A stretch of 64,000 nt of DNA. It comes from an uncultured delta proteobacterium (GTDB lineage Bacteria; Myxococcota_A; Polyangia; Fen-1088). Within the stretch, counting starts at the first letter, position 1. Every line of letters starts with the position of its first letter. The notes under the pieces were generated by a model. That model was not told the origin of the DNA. It did not search any database and was given only the letters and a program-made list of their open reading frames with translations. Position numbers and translations under genes: made by a program. Shown in pieces: positions 1-9,978 of the stretch. Location of the stretch: NCBI GenBank assembly GCA_963767925.1, contig CAVYGB010000010.1, positions 1,312,001 through 1,376,000 on the forward strand. Reading direction: 5' to 3'.

Positions 1-1188
1 CGACAAGTACTGCGACGGCCTTCCGCTGCACCGTCAGGAGAATCGCTTCGCCCGCCTCGGCGTCCCGATCGACCGGGGCACCATGAGCCGCTGGATGGAG
101 CACGCCGGTGCCACCTGTGGCGCTACGGTCGTCGAGGCCATGCGCAAGGACGCGATGGCTAACGCTTTCTGCATCTCGACCGATGCCACCGGCGTCCTGG
201 TCCAGCCGCTGCGCGACACCCAGAAGGGGCGCCAACCGTGCCGGCGTGGCCACTACTTCGTGCAAATCGCCGATCGCGATCACGTCTTGTTCGAGTACAC
301 GCCCAAGGAGACCTCCACCGCCGTCGGCGAGATGTTCAAGGGCTTCGCCGGCTACGTGCAGGCCGACGCCAAGAGCGTCTATGACATCCTGTTCCGCCCG
401 CCCGACGATCCCCCTGACGACGCTGCTGCTGACCCCCCCGAGCGCACCGAGGTCGGGTGCCTGGCACACGCGCGAAGGAAGCTGTGGGAGGCCACGATTG
501 CCAAGAGCGCCGTCGCTCGCGAAGGGCTGGCCCGCCTGGGCCGCATCTTCGCCCTGGAGCGCCAGTGGAAGAACTACTCGCCGACCGAGCGAACGGCTCT
601 GCGCCGGACTCATGCCCGACCGCATCTTGAAGCCTTCTTCGAGTGGGCCCAGATAGAGTTCGCGCGGGTCAAAGATCAACGCGGTCTGCTCCGCACCGCC
701 CTCGGCTACTGCGTGCGACAGAAAGCCGCGCTCACGCGCTACCTCGACGACGGTCGGCTCGAGCCGACGAACAACGGATCGGAGCGCGAGTTGCGCCGCA
801 TCGCCGTGGGCAGGAAGGCATGGCTCTTCGTCGGCTCCGACGACCACGCCCAAGCCGCCGGTCACCTGTTTTCCCTCGTCGCCTCGGCTCGTCTTCACAG
901 CCTCGACCCCGAGCAGTATCTGCGTGACCTCTTCCGGGTCCTGCCGCACTGGCCGCGCGATCGCTACCTCGAGCTGGCCCCGAAATTCTGGACTCGCACC
1001 CGCGACCGCCTCAACCCGGCCGAACTCGTCGCCGAACTCGGCCCGCTCTCTGTCCCGCCGAAGATCGAGCCGCCGGCGGAACAGGAACCACGTCCGCAGC
1101 CCTGAGCCTTTCGCGCTCGTGTTCGTCACCCCGTCAATCTGGCTCTGATGCCGTCAGGCTGGAAGTACGGGGTCCGTGCAGCGGGTAC
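1..1188 (+). mobile_element. IS66-family insertion sequence, right part (left end outside window)
   Basis: TnpC ORF followed by GGGGTCCGTGCAGCGGGTAC ending at 1188, resembling IS66 right ends (...GTAC/TTAC). Unrelated istA sequence begins immediately after. Confidence 0.8.
2..1105 (+). CDS. tnpC: IS66 transposase TnpC, 5'-partial
   Basis: Frame is open from base 2 (DKYCDGLPLHRQ). Contains STDATG, GYVQADA, GCLAHARRK, TNNGSERELR and GRKAWLFVGS motifs. Confidence 0.95.
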   Translation, partial: DKYCDGLPLHRQENRFARLGVPIDRGTMSRWMEHAGATCGATVVEAMRKDAMANAFCISTDATGVLVQPLRDTQKGRQPCRRGHYFVQIADRDHVLFEYTPKETSTAVGEMFKGFAGYVQADAKSVYDILFRPPDDPPDDAAADPPERTEVGCLAHARRKLWEATIAKSAVAREGLARLGRIFALERQWKNYSPTERTALRRTHARPHLEAFFEWAQIEFARVKDQRGLLRTALGYCVRQKAALTRYLDDGRLEPTNNGSERELRRIAVGRKAWLFVGSDDHAQAAGHLFSLVASARLHSLDPEQYLRDLFRVLPHWPRDRYLELAPKFWTRTRDRLNPAELVAELGPLSVPPKIEPPAEQEPRPQP

Positions 1189-2064
1189 TCCAGTAGCGCT
1201 TCAGGGGGCACAGGCGGGGCCAGGGCCAGGAGCAGTGGCTCCTCGCGTGTGAGCGCAGCCTGCAGCGTCTGGGCGACGACGGCGAGGCCGCGTGCTTCGA
1301 CGTAGCCCAGGACCTTGGCGAAAATGCGCGCCGCCTGCTTGGGCCCGTGCCTGTCGACGAGAAGCCGCCAGGCGGTGTCGAAGGGCGTGCCCAGGTCGCG
1401 CACCAACTCGGCGGCTACCTGGCGGAGCGCCTGAGGCTTGCGAGAAAGCTCGGACAGATAGTGCCGATAGTCGATCGACCGCTGGCCCAGGCGCATCCGG
1501 GGGTGAACGACCGTGCCCGTCGGGCCCACGACCTGCACGTCCTCCGCACCGACATGGGCCGTGACATCGAGCCCGGCCCACGCCGTCGGCACCGAGTACA
1601 CCGCGCCCTCGACGGTGATGAGCGAGCGTCGTGACACCGAAGGCAGGTGGGTGGCTCGTGCGCGAAAGGCGTGCGTGGGCAGTGGCAGCATCCGACCAAG
1701 CTCCACCGCGAAGCGCTCGTCCACCCTCGCGTCGAGTCGACTCAGCAGCGCGCGGTTGATCTCTTCCAGGTCGCTGCCCGACGGGATGGGGACCAGATGC
1801 TGCAGGCGAATGCCCTTGCCGCGCGCCTCGACCCCGCCCTTGTCGTGGCCGGTACGCGGTCGACAGAAGCTCGCCTCGCACAGATAGTGCGAGGTCATCG
1901 CTTCGAAGCGCGCCGTCAGCTTGCGCTCGGCACCGATCAGAATCCTGGCCACCGCGGCTCGGAGATTGTCGTACGCGAGTCGCTGGCACCGCCCCGAAAT
2001 GAGCAAACGCTCGTACGTGGCCGTCGAGAAAGCAGATCTGATCCTGGCGAGGGTAGATGCGTGC
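1189..2064 (-). pseudogene. istA: IS21-family transposase IstA remnant (no N-terminus, frameshift near 1985, C-terminus cut by IS66)
   Basis: ARIYPRQDQICFLDGHVRAFAHFGAVP in one frame, then RLAYDNLRAAV...FCRPRTGHDKGGVE...YSVP in another. No istB and no IS21 terminus visible. Confidence 0.85.
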
Positions 2065-2483
2065 GTAGTGTCCATCCCCGGAAACGCCGCATCCAACGCC
2101 GACTGCACCGCCGCATACATCGCCATCCGCGCCCGAATCGGATGCCCCTGCGCGACGAGACTGAGCTCCTTGGGCATCGTGAACGTGTAGCGCAGGTAGC
2201 CCGTGCTTTCGCGCCGATCATGGAACGGCTGGCACGCATCCTCGAAGTCCCGCGCCAGCACGACCTGGTCACTGCACCCCCGAAGCGCCCCCAGCCCCAC
2301 GAGCGCAATCCGCCCGCCCTCGAGATCCTGCTTCCACCCCGGGTCCAGCCGCGCGATGTACGCCAGCTCCGCCCGCAAGTACGACGGATCCCTCTCCGCG
2401 TCGTGCGCATCGGAAACGTACGCGAGCGCCCGCCGAGGCGTGCCCTTGGCCGACGCCCCAGAGCTGCGCGTACTGCACCGCAC
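2065..2483 (-). pseudogene. N-terminal fragment of a MOBF/TrwC-like relaxase
   Basis: TGYLRYTFTMPKELSL...AAVQSALD resembles the MOBF motif GyDlTFSaPKsvS...AV..al. Truncated before any HUH motif. Confidence 0.5.
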
Positions 2484-2576
2484 TAGTACACGGCGCCCGC
2501 CTACTCCCGCCCCGCGATCGGCTCCGCCGCCGTGGGGCTGGCCACTTCCGGGGGCGTCTGCGACCCCGGAAGTATT

Positions 2577-2627
2577 ATGTGCATCTCTGCCATGTGCATC
2601 TCTGCCATGTGCATCTCTGCCATGTGC
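2577..2627. repeat. 15-bp tandem repeat ATGTGCATCTCTGCC x3.4
   Basis: Perfect copies at 2577, 2592 and 2607, plus a partial copy at 2622. Confidence 0.95.
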
Positions 2628-2897
2628 TGATGGCCCGATCGGGGTCATGGCCTGGAAAGTTTCCTGGAGCGCGAGGTGCGGAGCAGAAAACACCCCCGAT
2701 GTGGTCGACCGTCGACGTGCCTGAGCTGAAGATGCTGAGGTGAGTCAGCCTCGATGACCAGGCTGGGGGATCGGGTGGCCGTTGCGGACCACGAGCAGCC
2801 TGGTATTTGCCCGTGTCATCCGCCACAAATCGACGTCCGCGAACGACTCACGCGAAGTCCCTCAGGACGTCCCCCGACTGCCTTAGACCGTCGAAGG

Positions 2898-2920
2898 GGC
2901 CTCTCTCTTAAGGAGAGGCC
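2898..2920. repeat. Near-perfect palindrome GGCCTCTC-TCTTAAG-GAGAGGCC
   Basis: 8-bp arms read directly from the sequence; function unknown. Confidence 0.6.
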
Positions 2921-3072
2921 GGGAGGTAGTCATGCCGCTCTGCATCTCCATCCTACTTGAGCGTTAGGGCCTTCAGGTTCACCGGGGTTGCGCGAGCCAG
3001 AAACACTCTTAATATTGATAACTTAGCCGCTCCCGGCTAGAAAGATAAAGGCTTTTACTTTAGGGTGCCGAA

Positions 3073-4536
3073 ATGAGTTGGGGCTTCTATGGCCGACACG
3101 ATGAGCTTCGGCTTCTCGAAGCGATCTTGGGGCGGCAGCGCTGGTTTTTCGTGAAGATCACCGGGCGCCGGCGCATCGGCAAGACCACGCTGATTCAGCA
3201 AGCGCTCCAAGCAGTGCGCGATAGGCGGGTGTTCTACGTGCAAATCCCCGACTCCGCGCCGGCAGGTGTGCTCTCCGCCGTCTCCGACGCCATGGACACC
3301 TTTCAGATCGATCGGCAGGTGTTTCCACCGCCCGCATCGCTGCTGCAATTGGCTCAAACGGTTGGGTCCCTGGCACGTGCCGGATACGTGGTCGCTCTCG
3401 ACGAGTTTCAATATTTCAATCGGGAGCGGCTGCGGGAGTTCTGCTCGCACCTTCAGACCGTCATAGACGACCTGAGCGCCCAGGCAGCGGATATTCGTGG
3501 CGGGCTCCTCGTACTCGGTTCCATTCATACGGAGATGCAAGCGCTGCTCGAAGATCGTACCGCTCCGCTGTACAACCGCACGACTGACGAACTCAAGCTC
3601 TCGCATCTTGATGTGCAGTCCTTGGTCGCACTTCTCAAGGCTCACGCAGATCTCACGCCGGAGCGACTTCTTTTTCTGTGGAGCCTGTTCGAGGGCGTCC
3701 CGAAATTCTATCGCGACTGCTATGAGCAGGAGGTTCTAAGCAAGGGACGGCGAGACGTACTCGAACGAGCATTTTTTCTCAGTTCGTCGCCACTACGAAC
3801 CGAGGCCGATAATTGGTTTCTGAAGGAACTACACGGACGCTATGATGTTGTCCTGAAATACGTTGCCAGAAAGGCAGGCTGTTCTCACGGCGAATTAGTG
3901 GAGCACGTTCGTCAAATGAGCCCTGAAACTGGGGAACAGGTCGGCGGATATCTAAAGGTACTAACCGAACGGTATCAACTCATCGAGCGCAGGGTGCCGA
4001 TCTTCTCGGACCTCAAGGAAAAGAAGGGACGTTACTACCTCACAGACAACTTCCTGCGATCCTGGCTCGCCGCCCTTGCTAGCCCAATCGCCGCGATGAA
4101 TTTCGTACCAGTGAATACCCTCATCGCGCAGGCGGACGAGCGGCTGGCCGAGGTCGAGGGCAAGTCATTTGAGAAACTCGTCGCGACCCTTTATGAGGAG
4201 CGAAGCCGTAAGTCTCTCGGTGACTTCAGCCTAACCGCGCGGGTCCAGGGTTATTGGGATCGCGGAGATACCGAGATCGACTTGGTTGCGCTCAACGAGA
4301 CCGGACAACTGGTGCGCTTTGGTAATTGCAAACGCAGTCCCGAGCGTTTGGTCGCAGACCTCTCCGTCTTCAATGGGCACATTGAGCGCTTCCTCCACGC
4401 CTTTCCACGCTTCCAAGGCTGGCGCATAGAGCGGGTCGGGCTCGCCCCCGCACTGTCCGCCGAAGTGCGAGCGAAGCTTGGTGCTGCCGGGCACCTGTCC
4501 CAGGACCTGGCAGATTTAACAGCGGATTTCGTCTAG
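3073..4536 (+). CDS. Archaeal-type AAA ATPase with C-terminal DUF234 (PD-(D/E)XK-like) domain
   Basis: FYGRHDEL start, Walker A GRRRIGKT, Walker B VALDEFQ, C-terminal YWDRGDTEIDLVAL...GNCK. Codon usage is visibly less GC-rich than the core genes. Confidence 0.85.
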   Translation: MSWGFYGRHDELRLLEAILGRQRWFFVKITGRRRIGKTTLIQQALQAVRDRRVFYVQIPDSAPAGVLSAVSDAMDTFQIDRQVFPPPASLLQLAQTVGSLARAGYVVALDEFQYFNRERLREFCSHLQTVIDDLSAQAADIRGGLLVLGSIHTEMQALLEDRTAPLYNRTTDELKLSHLDVQSLVALLKAHADLTPERLLFLWSLFEGVPKFYRDCYEQEVLSKGRRDVLERAFFLSSSPLRTEADNWFLKELHGRYDVVLKYVARKAGCSHGELVEHVRQMSPETGEQVGGYLKVLTERYQLIERRVPIFSDLKEKKGRYYLTDNFLRSWLAALASPIAAMNFVPVNTLIAQADERLAEVEGKSFEKLVATLYEERSRKSLGDFSLTARVQGYWDRGDTEIDLVALNETGQLVRFGNCKRSPERLVADLSVFNGHIERFLHAFPRFQGWRIERVGLAPALSAEVRAKLGAAGHLSQDLADLTADFV

Positions 4537-4697
4537 CGCTCGTGGACGGGGGGCTCGTTGAACGTCATGCCGCACCGTCCTATGGAGTCCGTTGAAATAG
4601 TCGGCGATCGTTCTCACTTGCGATTCATCGGGGTACAGCGCTCTATTCCATGTAACCCCAGGTGGGCGCGGTCCTAGACTCGAGGTCGAGATACACG

Positions 4698-5333
4698 ATG
4701 GACTGCCCGGCGCGATGCTTTCCAGCCGTCATTCTGGTCGCGGTGTCGTGTGTGGGCTCTGGCGCTCTGCCGAGTGTGCGCGCCCGGGATGACCGCGCCG
4801 GTGGTGGTCGCTCGGGCGAGGCCGTTGCTGGGGCCAGCCCGAAAGACATGGAACCGTATGCTGGGCGGCGGCCACTCGTCCGGGTCAGGCAGACCTCCTA
4901 TGGGGGGCAGACTCCATCGTTCGGGTTCGTCGTGTTCGACGACGGAGCGGTCTTCTTCGAGGGAGAATCCTGCGTGGGAGACATCGGCCTGCGGAAGGCG
5001 ACGCTCAGCCAGGTCGAGCTGGGCGGGCTGAAAGAACTGGCGGAGCCCAGATGCGCTCAGCTCCTCAGACCGAAGAGCGCGTGGAACGAGCTGGTCGGGT
5101 GCACCCATGCCGACCACGCGATGGTTTCGTGCGCCACGGCTGACGGAGATGTACGGATGGGCATCAACTGTAAAGGGAGCGAGTTGTTTCTCTTCGCCTC
5201 CGATCTGGCCGAGAGCGCCAGGATACGGATGTGGATTGGGACACGGGCGCGCCAGGACTCGTCGTGCCGTTCCGGAAAGCGGTACGCGGCAACGGAGATC
5301 GACCGGATGCTCGGGCCGCCCCGAGCTCGCTGA
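4698..5333 (+). CDS. Secreted protein with DUF6438-like domain
   Basis: Hydrophobic N-terminus; QTSYGGQTPSFGFVVFDDGAVFFEG resembles DUF6438. Start uncertain (4662 or 4698). Confidence 0.5.
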   Translation: MDCPARCFPAVILVAVSCVGSGALPSVRARDDRAGGGRSGEAVAGASPKDMEPYAGRRPLVRVRQTSYGGQTPSFGFVVFDDGAVFFEGESCVGDIGLRKATLSQVELGGLKELAEPRCAQLLRPKSAWNELVGCTHADHAMVSCATADGDVRMGINCKGSELFLFASDLAESARIRMWIGTRARQDSSCRSGKRYAATEIDRMLGPPRAR

Positions 5334-5416
5334 GCTGTCGGAGAGGCCGGTGTTGGGTCTTCAGGGTGCCCGCCAAACCTTGGCGGACGGGCGCGGCGGC
5401 GAAGCCCGGGCTTCCC

Positions 5417-5857
5417 TCACCGATCTTCGGCGCGTTCCTGGGGGCGGCCTTCGGCTACTTCGACGAGCTCTTCGGGGAGGCTGAGCATGACGTTGGTGAT
5501 TTCGCCGTCGGTGATGTGCTGGGCGAGGACCCGGAAGAGGGCGGTGACGATGTCGTCGGCGGCGGCGTCGGTGCGGGGGGCGTATTTTTCGCGGACGAGG
5601 GCCAGGAAGTCGGCCTTGCGGCGGATGCGCAGGGGTTTGCCGCTCGGGTGCCAGCCTTCGAAGAAGACGCCGCGCACGACGAGCGGGAGCTGGGCCGAGA
5701 GCTGGGCGGCCTCGTCGACCGAGAGGCGGTCGCGCAGGGCGTGCAGGCCGGCGCGGAGGGCGTGCAGACCCTTGCGGGGGTCCTCGGTCCCGAGGGCCGC
5801 CATCATGTCCTTGACCCAGACGATCGCGTGCTGATTCGCCCTGTCGAAGACATGCAT
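5417..5857 (-). CDS. DUF2267 domain protein
   Basis: LRAGLHALRDRLSVDEAAQLSAQLPLVVRGVFFEGW; GGGAGGG RBS upstream of the ATG at 5857. Confidence 0.9.
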   Translation of the reverse strand: MHVFDRANQHAIVWVKDMMAALGTEDPRKGLHALRAGLHALRDRLSVDEAAQLSAQLPLVVRGVFFEGWHPSGKPLRIRRKADFLALVREKYAPRTDAAADDIVTALFRVLAQHITDGEITNVMLSLPEELVEVAEGRPQERAEDR

Positions 5858-6012
5858 GCGGCGCCCTCCCCGCAGGGAGGATAGCGCCGGCTCGCGCGCG
5901 GCGCGAGCGGAGACTGCCGCTCGGACGGGTCGCCGAGCGTGACTCGACGGCATCCTGCGCGGCGTCCGGGACCCCCGAGGGTCCCGGTGACGATTGTCGG
6001 GATTGCCCCCGA

Positions 6013-7368
6013 TCAGTTCCGGCGGCAGCCGGGTTGCAGGCAGGTCAGGCAGCGGATCGACTGGCGGGTCCCCTCGACGGCGGGGGAGTTCTTCCGATCG
6101 ATATCGAGCGAGTAGCCCGAGGCGCTGCAGGAGGCCTGAGGGCTGACCACCCAGCAGGGGGAGTTCTCCCCGCCCTTGCACTGGGGGATCACGTGGTCCT
6201 CGAAGCGGTTGTTCGCGATCGGCCGCGACTCGGTCACGGTGCAGTCGGCCTCGAGCGCCGGCGTGGCGGGGTTGATGTCCACCAGCGGCGCCGAGATGCA
6301 GGGATCACCGACCGTCACCCGGATCTTGCGCGCGATCTCCCGCACCGCCTCGCGGAAGTCGTTCTGGCAGATGCTGTAGGTGCTGGAGTTCGGGAAGGCC
6401 TCCACGAAGCGCTTGACCCGCAGCCCGGGGATGGCGCTCCCGTTGCCCGACGAGCAGACCGGGCGCGAGGACAGGTTGGGCGCGCCCGCGATCTGATAGC
6501 GGGCGGCGGGCTCGGCGCCGGGCAGCGGCCAGCCGAAGATGCCGGCGGCGATGATCAGGCTGGGGTCCTTCTTGATGTTGACGATGTCGAGGACGAGCTG
6601 GGAGATCGGCACGAGCTGCCCGTCCTCTGCCGCCTGGCAAGAGTTGAGCGGGAGGTCCACCGGGGTCAGGCCGCTGTTGTGGGCCCCTCCACAGCTATGG
6701 GCCTCGAGCGCGCAGCGCAGGCTGAAGTCCTGCCCGGGCGTCATCGTGCCGAACATCGGGCTGTCGGCCGGCGCCGAGCAGTCGTCCTCGTCGGTCATGA
6801 TGACGAAGGCGAGGTAGGCGTCGGGCCGGAGGAAACCGGCGTTCTCCGGCGCCGTCAAGGCGGCGCGCAGGGCTCCGATCGAGTGCTCGAAGCCGCACCC
6901 CGCGGTGCCGAAGGTCGACATGCAGGTGAAGACGTTGCGGATGTTCCCGGCGTAGTTCGGGTTGACCGTGCGCAAGAAGCGCCCGCGGGTCACGTCCACC
7001 CCGCAGCGGGCGCAGAAATCGTTCCCTCGCACGCTGCAGAAGACGCCCCGATCCCCGCCGGCGGCGAGACAGCCGTTGTCGCTGCCGGTGCCGGCGCCGA
7101 GATCCGACGAGACCGAAGCGATCTGAAAGTCGGCTCCCTGCAGCCCGGCCAGCTCATCCATGAAGACCGGGAAGTTGCGGGCCAGGTTGGCCTGCTCTTC
7201 CTGCATGGAGCCGGAATTGTCGATCACGAAGACGATGTCGACGTTCCGGATCGGGTTGATTTCGCGGTATTGCGCCAGCTCACCCGTTGGATCCGGCGAC
7301 GGACGCTGGAGGGGATGAGAGTTGCACGACCACAGGAGGAACAACAACGCGGGTGCCGTCGCCACCAT
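6013..7368 (-). CDS. VWA-domain Cys-rich lipoprotein (myxobacterial type)
   Basis: LLWSC lipobox, VDIVFVIDNSGSM MIDAS motif, GCGFEH, FLRPDAYLAFVIMTDEDDCS. Start uncertain. Confidence 0.85.
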   Translation of the reverse strand: MVATAPALLFLLWSCNSHPLQRPSPDPTGELAQYREINPIRNVDIVFVIDNSGSMQEEQANLARNFPVFMDELAGLQGADFQIASVSSDLGAGTGSDNGCLAAGGDRGVFCSVRGNDFCARCGVDVTRGRFLRTVNPNYAGNIRNVFTCMSTFGTAGCGFEHSIGALRAALTAPENAGFLRPDAYLAFVIMTDEDDCSAPADSPMFGTMTPGQDFSLRCALEAHSCGGAHNSGLTPVDLPLNSCQAAEDGQLVPISQLVLDIVNIKKDPSLIIAAGIFGWPLPGAEPAARYQIAGAPNLSSRPVCSSGNGSAIPGLRVKRFVEAFPNSSTYSICQNDFREAVREIARKIRVTVGDPCISAPLVDINPATPALEADCTVTESRPIANNRFEDHVIPQCKGGENSPCWVVSPQASCSASGYSLDIDRKNSPAVEGTRQSIRCLTCLQPGCRRN

Positions 7369-7554
7369 ACCCAACCACCTGAAAACCCTGGCCTTTGCAC
7401 GCCACGACGGAACTCCTCGCACAGTTGGGGCCGGGCAAGGATGCTGCAGCATGCGCAGTACTTTACGACAAGTCGGTGGAGGGGGATAGATGAAGGACAG
7501 CCTGAAGGGCTTTCCCACCTAGGCCCGATGCGTCTTCCGGAATTACGAATAATC

Positions 7555-8499
7555 ATGACGGGTTACGAGATTGTTCCCACGGTCCTCTTCGGCGCGCTGC
7601 TCGCGGCGCCCGGGATCGTCGTGCCGACCGGGCGCATCGTCACCCTGGAGGCGGTCCCGCCGGCGGTGATCACCATCCCCGCGGGCCGGTTCTCGATGGG
7701 AGCCAGCGCCGACGAGGTGAAACACGCCCGGGCCCTGTGCGCCGACGAGCTGCGGGGCGGCGGCGCCCTCGTGCTCGAGCTGTCCCCCCGCTGCGGCGCC
7801 CGCTTCGAGACCGAGTCGCCGCTGGCCCAGGTCTACCTGCCCGCCTTCGCCATCGACCGGGCCGAGGTGTCGGAGGTGGCCTACGCGGCCTGCGTGCGAG
7901 CCGGCGCCTGCCGGCCCACCGCCGAGGTGGGACCGTACGCCGAGAGCCTGCTGCCGGTGGAGAAGGTCGCCTTCCCCGAGGCGGTGGCCTATTGCCGCTG
8001 GCGGGGCGGCCGCCTGCCCAGCGAGGCAGAGTGGGAGAAGTCGGCGCGCGGCCCCGGTGACCGCATGTGGCCCTGGGGCAACGACTGGCTCGACCGGCGG
8101 GCCAACCACGGCCGGGCCGAGCGGCTGGCCCCGTCGGCCCAGCCCGGCAACGACACGGTCGACAGCGCCGACGGCTTCGCCGGCCGGGCGCCGGTGGGCT
8201 CCTTCGCCTCGGGGGCCAGCGCCTTCGGCGTGCTCGACCTGGGAGGCAACGTGTGGGAGTGGACGAGCACCTGGTTCTCGCGCGAGCCGCCCCAGGCCGC
8301 CACCCGCTTCGATCCGCGGGGCCCCCCCTTCGGCAGCGAGCGCACCATCCGCGGCGGTGGCTACCGCTCGCCCCCCTCGGACCTGCGCGTGACCCGCCGG
8401 ATCGGTCTCCACCCCGACGAGCGCCTGGCCGGAGTCGGCTTCCGCTGCGTGTACGACGCCCGCGGCCCCGCGCTCGAAAAGTCGCCGCCCTCTCGTTGA
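7555..8499 (+). CDS. SUMF1/formylglycine-generating-enzyme family domain protein
   Basis: IPAGRFSMG, RLPSEAEWEKSARG, DLGGNVWEW, GFRC motifs. Confidence 0.9.
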   Translation: MTGYEIVPTVLFGALLAAPGIVVPTGRIVTLEAVPPAVITIPAGRFSMGASADEVKHARALCADELRGGGALVLELSPRCGARFETESPLAQVYLPAFAIDRAEVSEVAYAACVRAGACRPTAEVGPYAESLLPVEKVAFPEAVAYCRWRGGRLPSEAEWEKSARGPGDRMWPWGNDWLDRRANHGRAERLAPSAQPGNDTVDSADGFAGRAPVGSFASGASAFGVLDLGGNVWEWTSTWFSREPPQAATRFDPRGPPFGSERTIRGGGYRSPPSDLRVTRRIGLHPDERLAGVGFRCVYDARGPALEKSPPSR

Positions 8500-8528
8500 C
8501 AGCCCGGGGGCGGTTGCAGCGCCGGAGG

Positions 8529-8586
8529 CCCTCACCCGGCGCGCAGACGCGCCGACCTCTCCCCACGGCAGACCGCGGGGAGAGGT
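8529..8586. repeat. REP-like palindromic element
   Basis: CCCTCACCC...CCTCTCCCCACGGCAGACCGCGGGGAGAGG between convergent genes; segments recur at 61.7 kb and 63.5 kb. Confidence 0.8.
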
Positions 8587-8674
8587 GATGCCTCGGACCC
8601 GGGCAGGAGAGGTGATGCCCGGGCGCCCCGCGGGACAGGTGACTTCGCGGGGCCTGGCTGAGCAGCGCGGGCGT

Positions 8675-9844
8675 CTACTTGATCACGCGGTGGGGGGGCA
8701 TGCCGGGGAGGGGGACGTTGCGCTTGCGGGTCTTCGGGCCGTCCGTTGTTTCGGCGGCGGCGGCGGCGCCCCGGCCCCGGCGGCGGCGGGGCGGGCGCAC
8801 GTAGACCAGGGCCTTCTTGCGCGGCGGCGAGGGGGGCGCGGGCGGGCGCGCCACCGCCTCGGGCGGCAGCGGGGGGGGCGTCGTGCGCCAGTCCGGGGCT
8901 GCGGCGGCGAGATCCTCCAGCACCTGGGTGGTCAGCGCGGGCGCCGCCTCGGTCAGGTCGCTGACGAGCTGGCGAAACAGGCGGCCGTCGTCGGCGGCGC
9001 CAGCCAGCGGATCTTTCATGGTGGCGATCTCGGGGAGGCGGGCGCCGGCCCGCAGCCAGCCCAGCAGGGTCACCGGCACCGACAGGTAGTCGAAGGCCAG
9101 CTTGACCGCCGCCTGCAGGATGCCGAGCTGGGCCCCGTCCTGGAGCTGGTTGGCGAACAGGAACATGCCGAAGTGGTCGAGGTTGTCGGCGACCCGGCCG
9201 GCCAGCTCGGGATCGACGGTGTGCACCCGGCGGAGGATGTCGCTCACCTTCTCGCCCTCGGGCGTGCGGACCGCCGGCTCGAGCAGGCCGACCTGACGGG
9301 CGCGCGTCAGGTGGCGCCGTACCGTCCGCAGCACCACCGCCTTGAGCAGGCTGAAACCTTCGTGCACCGAGGCGGGCTGAGCGGTCGCCACCACGATGCG
9401 GTGGTCGCCCAGCTCCAGCAGATCGACCGCGTCGTAGCCCAGCCCGGCGCCGACGTCGACGATCGCCAGATCGACGTCGAGGGTGCGCAGCCGCTCGACC
9501 AGGCGCAGGCGCGCCCCCGGCGTTACCGCTTCGGGCCGGAGCTGGTTGCGACCGCCCCCGGCGACGAGGCGCAAGTTGGGGTGACGGGTCGGCACCACCG
9601 CCAGCGCGGCGCGGTTCTCGCGCCCCATCAAGGCCGCCAGCCCCGCCTGCGGGTTGCCCGCGCCGAGGATGAGGTGCTGGCTCGGGGCGGCCAGGTCGGC
9701 GTCGACGAGCAGGACCTTGCGGCCCATCTGCGCGGCCGCCCAGCCAAGCTGCGCGGCCACCGTGCTCTTTCCGATGCCACCCCGACCCCCGCCGACGGTG
9801 ACGATGCACGGTCGCGCTCCCGGGTCCTGTGCTGCCTCGGTCAA
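8675..9844 (-). CDS. MinD/FlhG-family P-loop ATPase with basic C-terminal tail
   Basis: GGGRGGIGKST deviant Walker A, VLLVDADL, AIVDVGAG. Confidence 0.85.
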   Translation of the reverse strand: MTEAAQDPGARPCIVTVGGGRGGIGKSTVAAQLGWAAAQMGRKVLLVDADLAAPSQHLILGAGNPQAGLAALMGRENRAALAVVPTRHPNLRLVAGGGRNQLRPEAVTPGARLRLVERLRTLDVDLAIVDVGAGLGYDAVDLLELGDHRIVVATAQPASVHEGFSLLKAVVLRTVRRHLTRARQVGLLEPAVRTPEGEKVSDILRRVHTVDPELAGRVADNLDHFGMFLFANQLQDGAQLGILQAAVKLAFDYLSVPVTLLGWLRAGARLPEIATMKDPLAGAADDGRLFRQLVSDLTEAAPALTTQVLEDLAAAAPDWRTTPPPLPPEAVARPPAPPSPPRKKALVYVRPPRRRRGRGAAAAAETTDGPKTRKRNVPLPGMPPHRVIK

Positions 9845-9978
9845 GCCGCGGCTCCTCTCTGCTTCGATCCATCGCCGGGCACGGGTGGAACCTTGAGGCG
9901 TCCCCTGATCCCGGGAGCCGGCCGGTCGGGGCCGGATAGCGCGCCGCTTCTGCCCCGGGACGTGCGATGAATGTCCCC

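Noticed and set aside
2560..2590. TTATGTGCATC as a second dif-like arm
   Set aside because: Only TTATGT matches, there is no plausible XerC arm, and it is explained by the start of the tandem repeat.
2577..2627. Possible CRISPR array
   Set aside because: Repeats are 15 bp, directly abutting, with no spacers and no cas genes.
1134..2693. 519-aa ORF as a genuine relaxase-transposase fusion protein
   Set aside because: It is a chimera of a repeat region, a truncated relaxase, out-of-frame istA sequence and the IS66 end; continuity depends on a frameshift.
4583..4660. Possible IS terminal remnant (GAGTCCGTTGAAATAG; TGTAACCCC)
   Set aside because: No partner inverted repeat or transposase sequence was found.
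6034..7554. N-terminal 500 aa of the 821-aa ORF as part of the FGE-domain protein
   Set aside because: It is the antisense shadow of the VWA lipoprotein gene.
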